DNA of 64,000 bases from Eukaryota sp. GEM-RC1 (taxonomy: Eukaryota): positions 2,666,001 to 2,730,000 of the forward strand of contig JAUFOQ010000016.1 of the NCBI GenBank assembly GCA_040285855.1, given 5' to 3'. The notes under the pieces were generated by a model. The model searched no databases, was not told the origin of the DNA, and saw nothing but the letters and a program-made list of their open reading frames with translations. Below, piece after piece: positions 52,400-64,000 of this stretch (position 1 is its first letter; every line of letters starts with the position of its first letter). The position numbers and the translations under genes were made by a program.

Positions 52400-52790
52400 T
52401 AATTCTTCAACTTGAGAGTCATTCTTAGAGTGTTTGAGCTTTTCAGCAGCTGTTAACGGATTAAAAGCAGAATCTAATATCCTACTAACACAAGATTGGT
52501 TCCATTCATGATTGACTCGATGTAAGCCGCGGAATATGGAGATCCCCTCGTTTTTGGTCAGTAAATAGATTTTCTGAAAGATGATTCAAAACTTTACAGT
52601 GCAAACCATGTGCTTTAAACATGGAATAACCAGAATCACGTACACCATCATGAATTACTGCACGTAGATGAATACAAGAACGACAATTAATTAAATGGCG
52701 AAAAATTACCATTAGACCTACAGAGCAAGTTGAATAGTTTAATAGATTTGCAGGCCAAATAGCCAAACGAAACTCTAATAATCAAAATCC
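52400..52790 (-). mobile_element. RLE non-LTR remnant
   Basis: CSVG..RHLINCRSCIHLRAVIHDGVRD..MFKAHGLHCKV..KRGDLHIP. Confidence 0.6.
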
Positions 52791-52829
52791 ACAAAGTCCA
52801 GATTACCGATCTAGAATTTCTCACCTACC

Positions 52830-53350
52830 ATATCCTCATAGTGTCTGCCAAGAGATAATAAAGCGTTAGATATAGAAGTCACCATACCTTTAAAGATAGC
52901 AAACACAATTCGATTTTTCCAAAATCTAAGATCAAAAGTCCTGGATGTTTTTTCTTTTATATTTCTTCACAAAGATTTCAAGTAGTGATGTTGCCGATTC
53001 ACCTAAAGAACCGTACAGCGAAAATACAAAAGGGTACAACAAGTAATTCGAGTGTGAAACCGAATTCAGTACAATTTCAATTTAGCACAATATTTTTCCA
53101 TTAATAAATTTTCACCAATCAACAGGGGGTTTTTAGCATTAGATTTAGCAAGCTTCTTGTTGGAATCATTACAAACGTCGATGGACATAACATCAGCAAT
53201 AATGAAAGAACCATCGAGATCAGGAAATATGACATCACTACGGCTATTTCCGTACGAATTGTCAACATCCGTATCTTCAAACAAACCAGCCAGAACTGGT
53301 TCCAAAAAGGAAACTAATGCATAAGATTTACACATACAGTGTAATTGATT
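52830..53350 (-). mobile_element. RLE non-LTR remnant
   Basis: MCKSYALVSFLEPVL..SRSDVIFPDLDGSFIIADVMSIDVC..GENLLMEKY..YPFVFSLYGSLG. Confidence 0.65.
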
Positions 53351-53752
53351 TCTGTTCTATAAAGTGAAAAAACTACAAAAAGGTTTGTTTCGTCGTTTGT
53401 TGTGCATGAATGAGTACGTACTCCAAACTCTTTCACACAATCTTACAGAGCATACTTGTTATTGTTGTGGATGCATTGACAATTTTTGTTCTTTATAAAT
53501 CTTTTTTCTTGATCTTCATTGCCTTTCGGTATCAATAATTTTTGACCCAAACTGGTAATCTGTTTTTCGAACTATACTAACCATAGAATAATGAACGTTA
53601 AATCAACGTGCCAATGAAATATACTAAGGCTGACAGTCACAACAGTGTTTATTAGTGTGGTCCACAGTAAATTCAGATACTATAAATTAGTGTACAATGT
53701 AGTGCATCAAAAATTAATTTACTGAGCTATAAAAAACAATCTACTCGTCAAT

Positions 53753-53754
<2 letters not shown>

Positions 53755-53823
<69 letters not shown>
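53755..53823. repeat. (CAT)23 microsatellite (poly-Asp on the minus strand)
   Basis: Perfect trinucleotide run, directly downstream of the minus-strand ORF 53844-54110. Confidence 0.95.
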
Positions 53824-53824
<1 letters not shown>

Positions 53825-53843
53825 TTCTTCTTCATCGTCGCTG

Positions 53844-54135
53844 TTAGGCCAAGTGTCTGGTTTCAATCCTAGAAAAGTTTTCCATGTATTTGTTAATTAT
53901 GAATTGGAGTTCTGGCTTGAACTGTGCCCATCTCACAGTAGTGGTCAATGGAAGGCCACATAAGATCATTGCATTTCTTGGATACGTTAACCCGTCTTCA
54001 TCACGCTGCTCATTAAGTTTCTGGATGTATCTTGCTGCTAGTTCTAGAAAGTACTTCTTACATGGGTTCTTAAGTTTACCGCGTTTTTGCCAACTCTCAT
54101 TCTCAATCAAAAGTGGTGTTAAGCTTTTGAAGAGC
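53844..54135 (-). mobile_element. Probable DDE (pogo/DDE-1-like) transposase C-terminal remnant
   Basis: GKLKNPCKKYFLELAARYI..RDEDGLTYPRNAMILCGL..W..PELQFIINKY resembles C-termini of protist DDE-1-like transposases, followed by an acidic tail. Assignment is from recall, not a search. Confidence 0.4.
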
Positions 54136-54142
54136 AGCCAGA

Positions 54143-54790
54143 ATGGGTAACTATTGTATAGGGGTGTACAAGGAAAACCACGAAAGTATTCGAAAGGACC
54201 TAGATGCTATGACTGAAAACTCTTTACTCAAATTTACTTTGGATTTTTGTACCTGCAGAAGTGGTACTCCATTCCTGGGAGTTACTGTACATTACATCGA
54301 TAAGAATATTGGGCTCAAAACTAAGATCCTTGATTGTGGGTTATTTACACATCCACATACTGCCGTCAATGTTGCTGAGTTGTTTAACAACGTTCTAGAA
54401 CATTTCAAATTTGAGAACAAAGTTTGTTCTGTAACTTACAATGCCTCAAACATTCGTTTAACAAATTATTTGAGGAATTATTGGGTACACCTGGTATTGT
54501 TTATCATAGAAGATGTTTGGCGTTCACATTGTTCTCAACCAATTATCTAGAAGTACTCCCAATTTTCTTGAAGATCAGGATTGTTTTTCGTCAAAAAAAT
54601 TAGAGAATTTTGTGTCAGATCACACAGAAGCTCAGACTTGAGGGAACGTATTTCTGATAGATGCAAGTTGGAAGGACTTGAAACCACCTCCATGATTTTT
54701 GATGTTTCAACAAGATGGAATTCGTCCTTCATGATGCTAGAAAGGTACAGCCAATTGATAGACATTGTAGATCATATGATTTTCAAGTAT
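54143..54790 (+). mobile_element. hAT transposase remnant (catalytic region)
   Basis: FTLDFCT..FLGVTVHYID..LDC..HPHTAVNVAELF..TYNASN; DVSTRWNSSFMMLERY. Confidence 0.82.
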
Positions 54791-54793
54791 TTT

Positions 54794-57700
54794 TACAGTA
54801 TTCTCGCACGTGTTCTGCCGTACTCCATACGCGCACGTGCGAAATACGTGCGGCAACTGAATAACACGTTCGCATTTCGAACTATGCTGCGAACCTATGA
54901 GAATCCCATTTTCTGACGGATCCCGCATCGATAGTCGACCCCCTAGGAACCTTAGCCCAGAGAAATTAGAGATTGCTAACAAAGAATTTGATGACCTGTT
55001 CAAGAAAAACTTCGCTGTTCCCAATGAAACTAAATGGTCCTCTCCCATCCGCCTGGTCACCCATGCTGACAAAGCTCCTCGTCTGACTTGTGATTTTAGT
55101 GGCAAGAATGGAATTAATGATCTTTCTCTTACCTTAGATGCCGATTTACCCAAAATAGCTGATATGTTGCCTGTCTTGTCGAAAGCCAAGTACATAGCTA
55201 CTCTTGATTTACCCAAAGCCCTCTGGCAAGTAAAACTCCACCCTGACGACGTGAAGAAAGCCTCCTTATCTATTCCCGGCCGATCAATTTCATTTACTCG
55301 TGCTGCTTTTGCCCTCAAGAACGTCCCAGCATTCTTTCAAAATTTAATGGTCTCGTTCTTCGCCGATGAAGACATCTTCATTTATATCGACGGTATAATC
55401 GTATGTTCTGAAGATTTCTCAAGTCTACTTTCTAAACTCAGAAAAATCCTACTGAAAGCCCGTGATAAACGAGTTATATTTGGCCTCCGCAAATGTGATT
55501 TTCTTACTTACAAAAGTAAAATCGAAATTCTAGGATGCATATTCCAAAAATCTCAACGCTCGATCATCCCAGACCGGATCAAAGCCATCTGCTCACTCTT
55601 CGCGACCAAAGATCTTATCAGAAGTCCGAAGCTTCGTTGGTTCAATCAACTTTATTAGAGATTGGATCCCAAACCTCGCATCTGTCCTAGAACCGATTTC
55701 CAACCTCCTAAGAAAAACCAACAAAAACATTTGGACCTCCGAGACTGAATCCTGTTTCCAAGAAATTTTAAAGCTCATCTCCAGCAATATCCCTCTGAAT
55801 TTGCCTGACCCCAATGATACTATTCTGATTTCAACCGATGCCTCCGGACTCTCTGGAATTATATGGGAGCAGACAGAAGACTCACTGGAACTCCCCCTGA
55901 TCGAAAGAAAGACTAGACCTCTCTGCTTCTATAGCAAGAAATTCACGGACAGTCAAAAGAATTGGCCTACCATACAGAAGGAGCTGTATGCAATTCTTGC
56001 TTCTTTGACTCTTTCCCCATTATCTTCTTTCACCCTGACCCAACGGTTCACTCTCTTTTGTGACCACAAAAATGTATTATATTTAATCTCAGCCCCAGAA
56101 AAGAACAGAATCGTCACCCGATGGATCCCTATCCTGGCCAACTTTGAATTTGAGCTCGTTCACACTGCCGGTCAGGACAAGCACTTCGCCGATCTGCTCT
56201 CTCGCTGCTTCCCCGAACCTTGATAACTCTAGTATTCTGATGTGCTCGTCTACGGTGCCGGTTGCAGTCGATGGGAGACACTTGATGGTTGAGGATAGCG
56301 AGTTATCATCTTCACAGACTTCTCATCAACCCTCAGGACCTGTTTTTAGTAATAGGGCTTCTGGAGCAACGTCCCTAATGTCGACGCTGATGATGCAAAA
56401 ATTTATCGAGCAGAGTGAAGGGCTCAGCAGAGAAGAACAAGTACAACTATACTGGGAAAGAAAAGACGCCTTTTCGCCGAACATAAACGACTCCAGAAAC
56501 ATGTAGACGAACTAGATGCCGAAATCAAACAAGCCGCTGATGAACAACTCCGTCTGCTTCTGGAAAGAGATGCTGCTGTTGCTCTGGTCGAAGAAAAAGA
56601 AAAGACCATGACTACCTAAGAGAATATGGTCTCTACATCGACGCTGACGGCCACATGTGTCAATTGTCCTCTGACTCAGATGATGAATTTCGTATCTATA
56701 TGACTGACGTACCAGATCATATAGAGCTCAGTAGCTCTGATGAGTCTCACATCGTCATCGTAGATGATGAGCATCCCCAATGCTCGAAGATCTGTCGTCG
56801 ATCGAAGCGATCGATGCTGATTACCGTCTTTTCCCTCAGCTGATCCGAGACACCTCGGACTTCCTGAGAATCACGAATTCCCCTTCAACCTCCGCTATAA
56901 TCCCAGTCTCTTCTGAAGACGAAAACGACCTCTATGAACAATTCCTTGGTGAATCGCTTAAAGACACTCGCCTCTTCGACAACCTTGACAACCAACTGCC
57001 TGACCCTTGGAACCTCCTATCAACATTAACATCCACCCTAGACCGGATATTCCCTTGCTCCCTCGAACTTCGATTATGTAGGTATCCATGACAACGCCGG
57101 ATACTACAGTCCTTGTACCGACCCTGCTCACCCTGATGAGGGTCCTTTTGATATTATGATCGCCACCCTTGACGATGCTAGAGCAATTGAATTCGAAATC
57201 GACGAAGACAACCTGTTCGCTGAACGTTTAACCATTGATAACTTAGCTCACAACCCGCTAAGCAGTTCAGATAGTCACCTTCCCGAAGAAACTTCCTGGT
57301 CACAGATTCCCGACCCCAGCTACGTTTTTAACGATTGGCTTCAGCTCTATGCCAAGAACAAGAGAAAGCCACTGCCAACAACGACGTCACCATGACCACA
57401 TACACAGAACTTATTTCTATGACCGCTAACGACAAAGATTATGTGCTCACTTGGAACCACAGAAAGAAGAAGTTCGTTATTCCTGACTCCTTGAAACGAC
57501 ATTTACTTCTGACAATCCATGGATCCACTAGAGCAGGCCACCCGTCGAAGAAAGACTCTATCTCCGCCTTAATCAGAAGCGATTATTGGTGGCCAAATTG
57601 TGTTTATGACATGAATACCCATGTAAAAAATTGTATCCCGTGTCAAAAGACCGCTCCTGTCCCTGAACTGAAACTCCCCTCCTCCGGAAATCTCTGATCA

Positions 57701-59370
57701 GACTGCCCATTCCAATGACTACACGCTGATGTAATTAGCCCGCTATCTTCTGACTCAGAAGATTACAAATACATACTAGTATTTGTCTGCTCGTTCTCTA
57801 GGTTCACCATCCTAGTACCCCTCAAAATTCTCAACGCTCAGGAAGTCGCGTATGCGATACTCTGGAACGCGGTTGGCAACTACGGTATTCCATCGCAAAT
57901 CCTAAGTGACAATGGACCGGAGTTCGCCAAAGCCGTTAATAAAAGTTTATGTTTGTTCTTGAACATCGAAAAGAAATTCTCAACCCCCTATTTTCATCAG
58001 GTTAACGGACTGGTAGAAAGAAGGCACCGAGAAGTCTTGCAAACCCTTCGCCGCCTGCTCATTGACCTCCAAGCACACGCCAATTGGAGCACGTACATTC
58101 CAATTACCCAACTGATCCTAAACACCAGAACCAGTTCCATCACAAATTTCACCCCCTTCAAGCTTATCTTCGGCTCTAAAACTGATCCCAGACAACTTCC
58201 CCTTCAAGTCATCCAGAACTGTACTGTAGATGATCACTTACCGCAGTATTAATACGTTGATTCCTTGAAACAGAAAACTTCCACTATCTTAAACTAGTGG
58301 AAAGAGGCAAAAACTCCTATTAATCTCAAAAAGATCAGTTTCATCCAGGAACTCTGCTACCAACAAGAAACTCATCAACGACATCCAACAAGGAGACTTC
58401 GTCTTGAAACTCAGTGAACACCCATTCAAGACTCATGGAAAGTGGACCGGCCCCTACTTAGTTGAGACTTTTTCTTATCACCCCTCGAATTGTCTCATCC
58501 GTAATTTCATCACAGGAATCTCGGTTAAATGCTCTCATTTTTCTCTTTGTCACGTTAACAAATGCCACACCAACCACTCTGAGAACGTTCTACAAGCCTA
58601 CGCCGCTACCGACTCGGAAGAAGTCATCATCGACAAACTTATTGATCATGACTTGACCTCTCCTCAAGACCCCAAGTACCTAGTCCGCTGGCTGGACGGT
58701 ACTACCACATGGGAAGGCCGCTCTGTAGAAAATACAGCCGCTTACTACGCTTACCGCAGAAAGTACATTGACGAACCTCCTCAAGCTAAAGGTCCTTCAA
58801 CTGCCCGTGCCAACTCTAAACTATACGCTGCTTGGAAAGCCCAACACCACAAGTCCGCTCCTGTTGTAGCCCGCAATCAGCACCGTATGGAAACAAGAAA
58901 TCGTACGTCCCACTAGGTTATTTTTAATATGAATTACCCAATAAGAAGAAAATGCAGTGTTGTAGTTGTAGATTTGTTTAATTTCATATTAGGTTTTTAT
59001 CTTCCCCCTTACATCTATAGAGGTTCGTTCCTTATAAAGGTTCTCCTCTTCCAAGTATGTATTCCTATAGTGCACAAAGACCAACAGTAATTACTGTGAG
59101 CAATCCCCATTCTACCAACTCACTATCAGCACCGCTCTTGAACGGAACCTCCCGTATCGAGTCATGTAAGTTCTTGGAAGACCTCCAAGCTTATGTTGCT
59201 GCTCTTCAAGCTTTCGAAGCATTGTCCCGCCCTTAAATTTGGGTTTTGACTTATCATGTACCATAAATTTTGAGTTATCCTGTTGATGCTGTATGGAGTT
59301 AGTGGACATACAATGAATGAAATTAAGTTGGTTTATAATCTATGATTCTCATACTATGATAATCTACACT
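54794..59370 (+). repeat. ~4.58-kb near-identical direct duplication of 46348-50928 (MITE right end + RT-RH-insert-IN-chromo + 3' LTR 58958-59232 + ~135 bp flank)
   Basis: Same ORF set at an offset of ~8.44 kb, with shared inactivating lesions. Confidence 0.95.
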
Positions 59371-62300
59371 ACTTCTTCTCCTTCTTCGAACCAGTTCTTC
59401 TTCGAGTTCTCTTGGCTATGGGAGTCTTGTTAGGATTAACTTTTGAGGATGATCTCTTTCTCTGGTCTATGCAAGGATTATTATTATTTTTCTTAAACGC
59501 CATAAATGCCTTAGTGTTTTTAATACTTGAAGTAGCAACTGCAGTGATATCTCCTCCATACCATAATACAGAACACATTGGACCTTCAGGTGAGTCGAAT
59601 TGATCTAACACTTCAGTGATGACATGTTCTTCCTTATCACCAGCTGCAACTTGTTGGTGGATGCCATGATCTGATGGAAGGTCAGAATGGTAGAGTTTGC
59701 ATTGATGTACACTAGCTTGGGATTCAATGCCAGATACAAGGTTCTTGATTTTCAAGGATGATGATGAAAGGAGCTCGATGACCAGGAATGGGCCAGAGTG
59801 TTTGCCATGATGCTTTGTAGCAGTCTTAGAGGATCTGAGGATCAGATCGCCAATTTCAAATGGATTTGATTTATTGGACTTAGGGGGTCTCTTTGACGAT
59901 TGATTGCTACTTGCTGATTCTTGCCTTTCCCGGATTCTCTCGTTTTTTCTTTGAAGGTCTTCGATAAAAGGGATACTTAAATTGGAAGCTTCTAGGGCTC
60001 TGAGTATGATACTAGGATCTGCCTTAGGCCCAAAAGAGGACCCAAACATTAGTTCATAAGGGATGTGTTCAGTGTAACGATTCTTTGTTGCGTTTAGCTG
60101 GAGTTGTACGAAGGGAAGGTATTCGGTCCAGTTGTCGAATGTTCCAAAGTCGATTAGGAAACGTTGAAGATTTCTTAAGACATCGCGATGACGTCTCTCG
60201 ACTAACCCGTTAGATTGAGAAAAGTGGGGGATGGATGTTGTGTTATCAATTGCCAGCAGTTGACAGACTGCGTTGAATGTTGCGTTAGCAAATTCAGGAC
60301 CGTTGTCGCTGTGGATGGAATAGGGGATACCGAATATACCACATACGTTGAACACGAGTGCATATGCAACTTCTTTAGCGTTCAGTTCATTGATTGGGGC
60401 TAATATAGTGAATCTTGTGAAAGAATCTACAAATACTAGGATGTAACGGTTACCTTCAGCGTCAGGGGATAATGGACCAATAGTGTCTACATTAACTTTG
60501 GCGAATGGTTTATCGGCCCAAAGTGATCCTGAGTGAGGGATTTGATCCCTTTTGACAGGGGATGTCTTTTGGCATGAGGGACAGCTCTTGATATGATTGA
60601 CTAGATCGTCTTTCATGTTAGGCCACCAGTAGTCGCTGTCGTTAAGGTTTTTAACTGATGTTGCTATACTGGGATGACCAGATTGTACTAATCCATGGAT
60701 GTTGAGCAAGGCGGATTTCCTGAGGGACAAGGGGTTCAGGATTTTCTTGTCGTTGGTTAGATATAACTGTACTCTATCGTTGAATGTTGTGTTGTTGAAG
60801 AGGGGTTCGTTTGACTCAATCGCTTTGAATTGTTCGGAACGGATTCTGCTCAACCAATTGCTGAAGATTGGGAGATCTTTTCGTGCAACTTCACGGAGAC
60901 TGTTAATTGAGGGGAGATCGGTGTGATCAATTCTTGTAACGGCTACTGGATCATCAGTAGGTTGTGCAGCGGATTGCTGGATGGGAGATTGGTGAGGACA
61001 TAACCGTGAGAGCATGTCTGCCCAGTGGTTGTCAACTCCAGATGTGTGTACGATGTCGAATTGGTATTCTGAAAGTACGAAGAGCCATCTTTTAACCATT
61101 CTGTTCTTATCGGGACACGAAATGAGGTATGCTAGGTTCTTGTGATCTGTGAAGATTGTAAGGTGCCTAGTCTTGAGGAAGTTAGCCAAGCTCGACTCAG
61201 TCAAGATGATGAGGATGGCGTAAAGCTCTTTCTGGATGGTCGCCCATTGAGCTGAGAATCGGACAGTATACGGCTGAAGAAACTAATAGGTTGAACCTTT
61301 CGTTTTATCAATGGTGTACCTGGTGGACTTGGAGAGATTTCGTTCTAGATGACACCTCCAACAGCAAGGTCAGAAGCGTCTGCGCTAATGAGGATGTTAC
61401 TATTGGGGCCAGGAAGGTCGAGTGGTATTTGATGGACTATCAAATTTTTGATTGAATCAAAAGCTCGTTGGTGTTTGTGTTCCCATTTTACGCCTTTAGG
61501 TTTTCCTTTGGTCAGGGCGATAATTGGGGATAACAATTGGGAGATTCCTGGTAACCAGTCTCTGATGTAGTTGATTGTACCTACGAGGCTTCTTACATCT
61601 TTTACTGTCTTGGGGTTTGGAATTTCAAGGACAGCTTTGATTCTGACATCATCGATTAATCTGGTTTTGTTGTGGAAGATACTGCCTAATATCTTGATTG
61701 GGTGTTTGTGGGTTACAAACTTGCACTTGTGGATGCCGAGGGTTACTCTAGCGGATTGTGCTTTATTGAAAACTGCTCGAAGTCTAGTTATAAATTCATC
61801 GAACACTGAAGCTATAACTATGATATCATCTAGATAGATGAAGACTCCATCCATTGCGAAGATCTCTGTCATCAGGTTTTGGAAAATTGCTGGTACATTT
61901 TTCAGGCCGAATGGAGCTCTGGTGAACTTAATTGTTCTGCCAGGGATTGTTAAAGCAGTTTTGTCCATATCTTTTGGAGCAACTTTGAGTTGCCAAAAGG
62001 CCTTGGGGAGATCGAGAGTTGCAATGAAGTTTGCTGCTGGTAAGAATGTGATCACGTCAGCGATGTTGGGCAGGTCGGATGCTATCGGGACTGTTGAATC
62101 GTTAACACCTCCTGTTCCGCTGTAATCTCCAGTCAGACGTGGTTTCCTATGATCAGGGTACGTGACGAGTACTACAGGGCTTGAGAACTTAGATTGTGGG
62201 GATGACACGGCGAAACCTTGTTCGATAAGTTCGTCAAAGATGCCATTGGCGATCTTTAGCTTCTCAGGATTGAAGTAGCGTGGTTTCCTTTTGACGACAG

Positions 62301-64000
62301 TTGACTCGTCGTGGAAGGGTATTTCCATTGGGGGACAATCTATTCCATCGGGATGAGGAGTCGACTGGAATATGATCCTGAATTCTTCTAAGAGGGATGT
62401 GAGCTCTTCCTCTAGAAGTTGATTGTCTAATTCGATTGTGCAACCGGATTCAACTGGGTTGAATGATGTGGAATGATCGGTGTGTCTGGACCTCACTGGT
62501 GAGTGTGTGCTCATTAGGTGATCGAATTACGATTCATCTTTAAGATGGTGTTATGTTCTTTTTCTAGTCTAATGACTAGGCTGTCCTCTGTCAACAGCCC
62601 TAATTTGTTTAATAAATCGATTCCGATGAGCATTGTTTTATTACCGGTAACAATAGGGAAGGAGTGATTTATATAAACTAGGTTAGCTGCGCTATTGAGC
62701 TGGAACGCAAGAACACCTTTGGCTGTGCCTAAGGACGATGTACGGGTGCCATTTGCAGTGATGTAGGGGATTGTTTCCTGTGAGGTGTTCATCTTGCAGA
62801 GATCGACTAAGTCTTGAGTGATGACGGAGACTTGTGCGCCTGAATCTATGGTTCCGGATATTGAAACATCGTTAACAGACATGTTCAGGGCAATGAATTT
62901 GTCTTGGTTGTTGCGAGTTATACTCATAATCCTGGGTGTATCGTTGAGGATTTCGCTGATAGGATTGTTGAGTGTGTGTGAGGTGTAAGAGCTTGGTGTC
63001 GAGGTTGTCGACAAAAATTCAAATAATTATCATTTTTATTACGCTTTAAATCTACATTACCACTACCGGATCTGCGTTTTCTTTCTTCAAACTTACCAGC
63101 GTTTAAAGAGGATACTCTGCAGTTGGGATCGGGGCACATTTCGACTGTATGGCCAGGCTCTTTGCAGTACTTACATACTGATTCAGATCCTGTGTCTCTG
63201 TGCTTGGGCTTTTGGCGATTCTTACCGGGACCTCTGGGACCTTTGAATTGTCCACGTTTATGAGATTTTTTTCGGGGTTCCTATTTCTAACGTCTGAGTC
63301 ACTGTCAGAGTCGAAGGAGGGACGGAAGTTCTTCAACTTGTTGTATCGAGGGACACTCGCGTTATGGAGATAGGGGGCACCTGACTCAGTGATTGGGGGA
63401 GTGGATGGGCGAGTAGTGTCCAGGAATCTAGCATCTGAGATATATTGGGGTCTGACATTCTGACGCTGGATGTTCTGGCTGCACCAGTTCAAGTACCGGT
63501 CTTTCAGGTCCTTGAACACCTCGACTGTGCTGAGTTGAGCAAAGGAGGCTTTATCTTTGAAGAAGATCTTCGTGTCCGATCGGATGATTCGAATACCGAT
63601 GTTGTGGGCAAAGTATTTTAGAATGTCCCGGGCTTCGAAACAGTACAACTGAGTGGTGTTCAGTTCAATCATGGTGGACATGTTTGCCACGATTGTGAAG
63701 CGGCGAAGGAAGTCATCCCAACGCTCTTTGTTGGAGCTCCATGACTTGTCCCAGTCCATGCGGCATTCGGCAAGGGCGTTGTCTGCAATCTGGGGGGATT
63801 CAAATTGGGAGCTGAGGATTATTCGTTCCCAGATTGCCCAGTTGCATAAGAAGTTGGCGATGGTGCCATCAGATTTCCACGAGCTCAGGATGTGAGGGTC
63901 TACATGGAGTTGAATTCCTCTAATGTCGACGTTTAGCAGAAGGTCTCTGGCTAAATCGAGGCCATGACGGGGTTCGCCATAAGTGGTCTTGTTGATGGAT
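59369..64000 (-). mobile_element. Ty3/Gypsy retrotransposon family 2 (gag-PR-RT-RH-IN-chromo-like); 5' part runs beyond the window, no 3' LTR seen
   Basis: CKYCKEPGHTVEMC knuckle (frame-shifted); GTIDSGA; LDLPKAFWQ, PFGLKN, YLDD; ADASD, TDHKNL, ADMLSR; GHPS..CPSCQK, DTIGP, SDNGPEF, SNGLVERRHR, SGPF. One W->TAG at ~61345. Confidence 0.92.

Noticed and set aside
54794..59232. An independent second retrotransposition of Gypsy family 1
   Set aside because: It has no 5' LTR or gag, begins within a nested MITE, includes downstream flank and shares the inactivating mutations.

Overview
AT-rich, gene-dense eukaryotic (protist) DNA with few, very short introns. The BspA repeats, PPDK-like domain and ~34-nt intron suggest an anaerobic metamonad-like flagellate, but this is an unverified inference. 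Almost all ORF breaks in host genes are single-base indels in homopolymers, most likely long-read errors. Bases 1-25.5 kb hold an RNF213/mysterin-like cluster of three genes: (A) a full-length ~3.9k-aa gene on the minus strand (CBM20-like, stalk, AAA+ ring, RZ-finger E3, no recognisable RING); a divergently oriented chimera of RING, Ser/Thr kinase and a copy of A's RZ-finger module in which the putative catalytic Cys is replaced by Asp; and (B) an inverted stalk+AAA-only paralogue. Next come BTAF1/Mot1 and an unusual single-pass membrane protein (PPDK-N-like, kinesin motor, TM, Ig-like repeats, BspA LRRs) whose first exon carries a hAT insertion, then a KHDC4/RIK-like KH gene. The last ~20 kb is transposon-rich: two related chromodomain Ty3/Gypsy families, a 4.6-kb tandem segmental duplication, hAT MITEs, and RLE non-LTR, MULE and DDE remnants.
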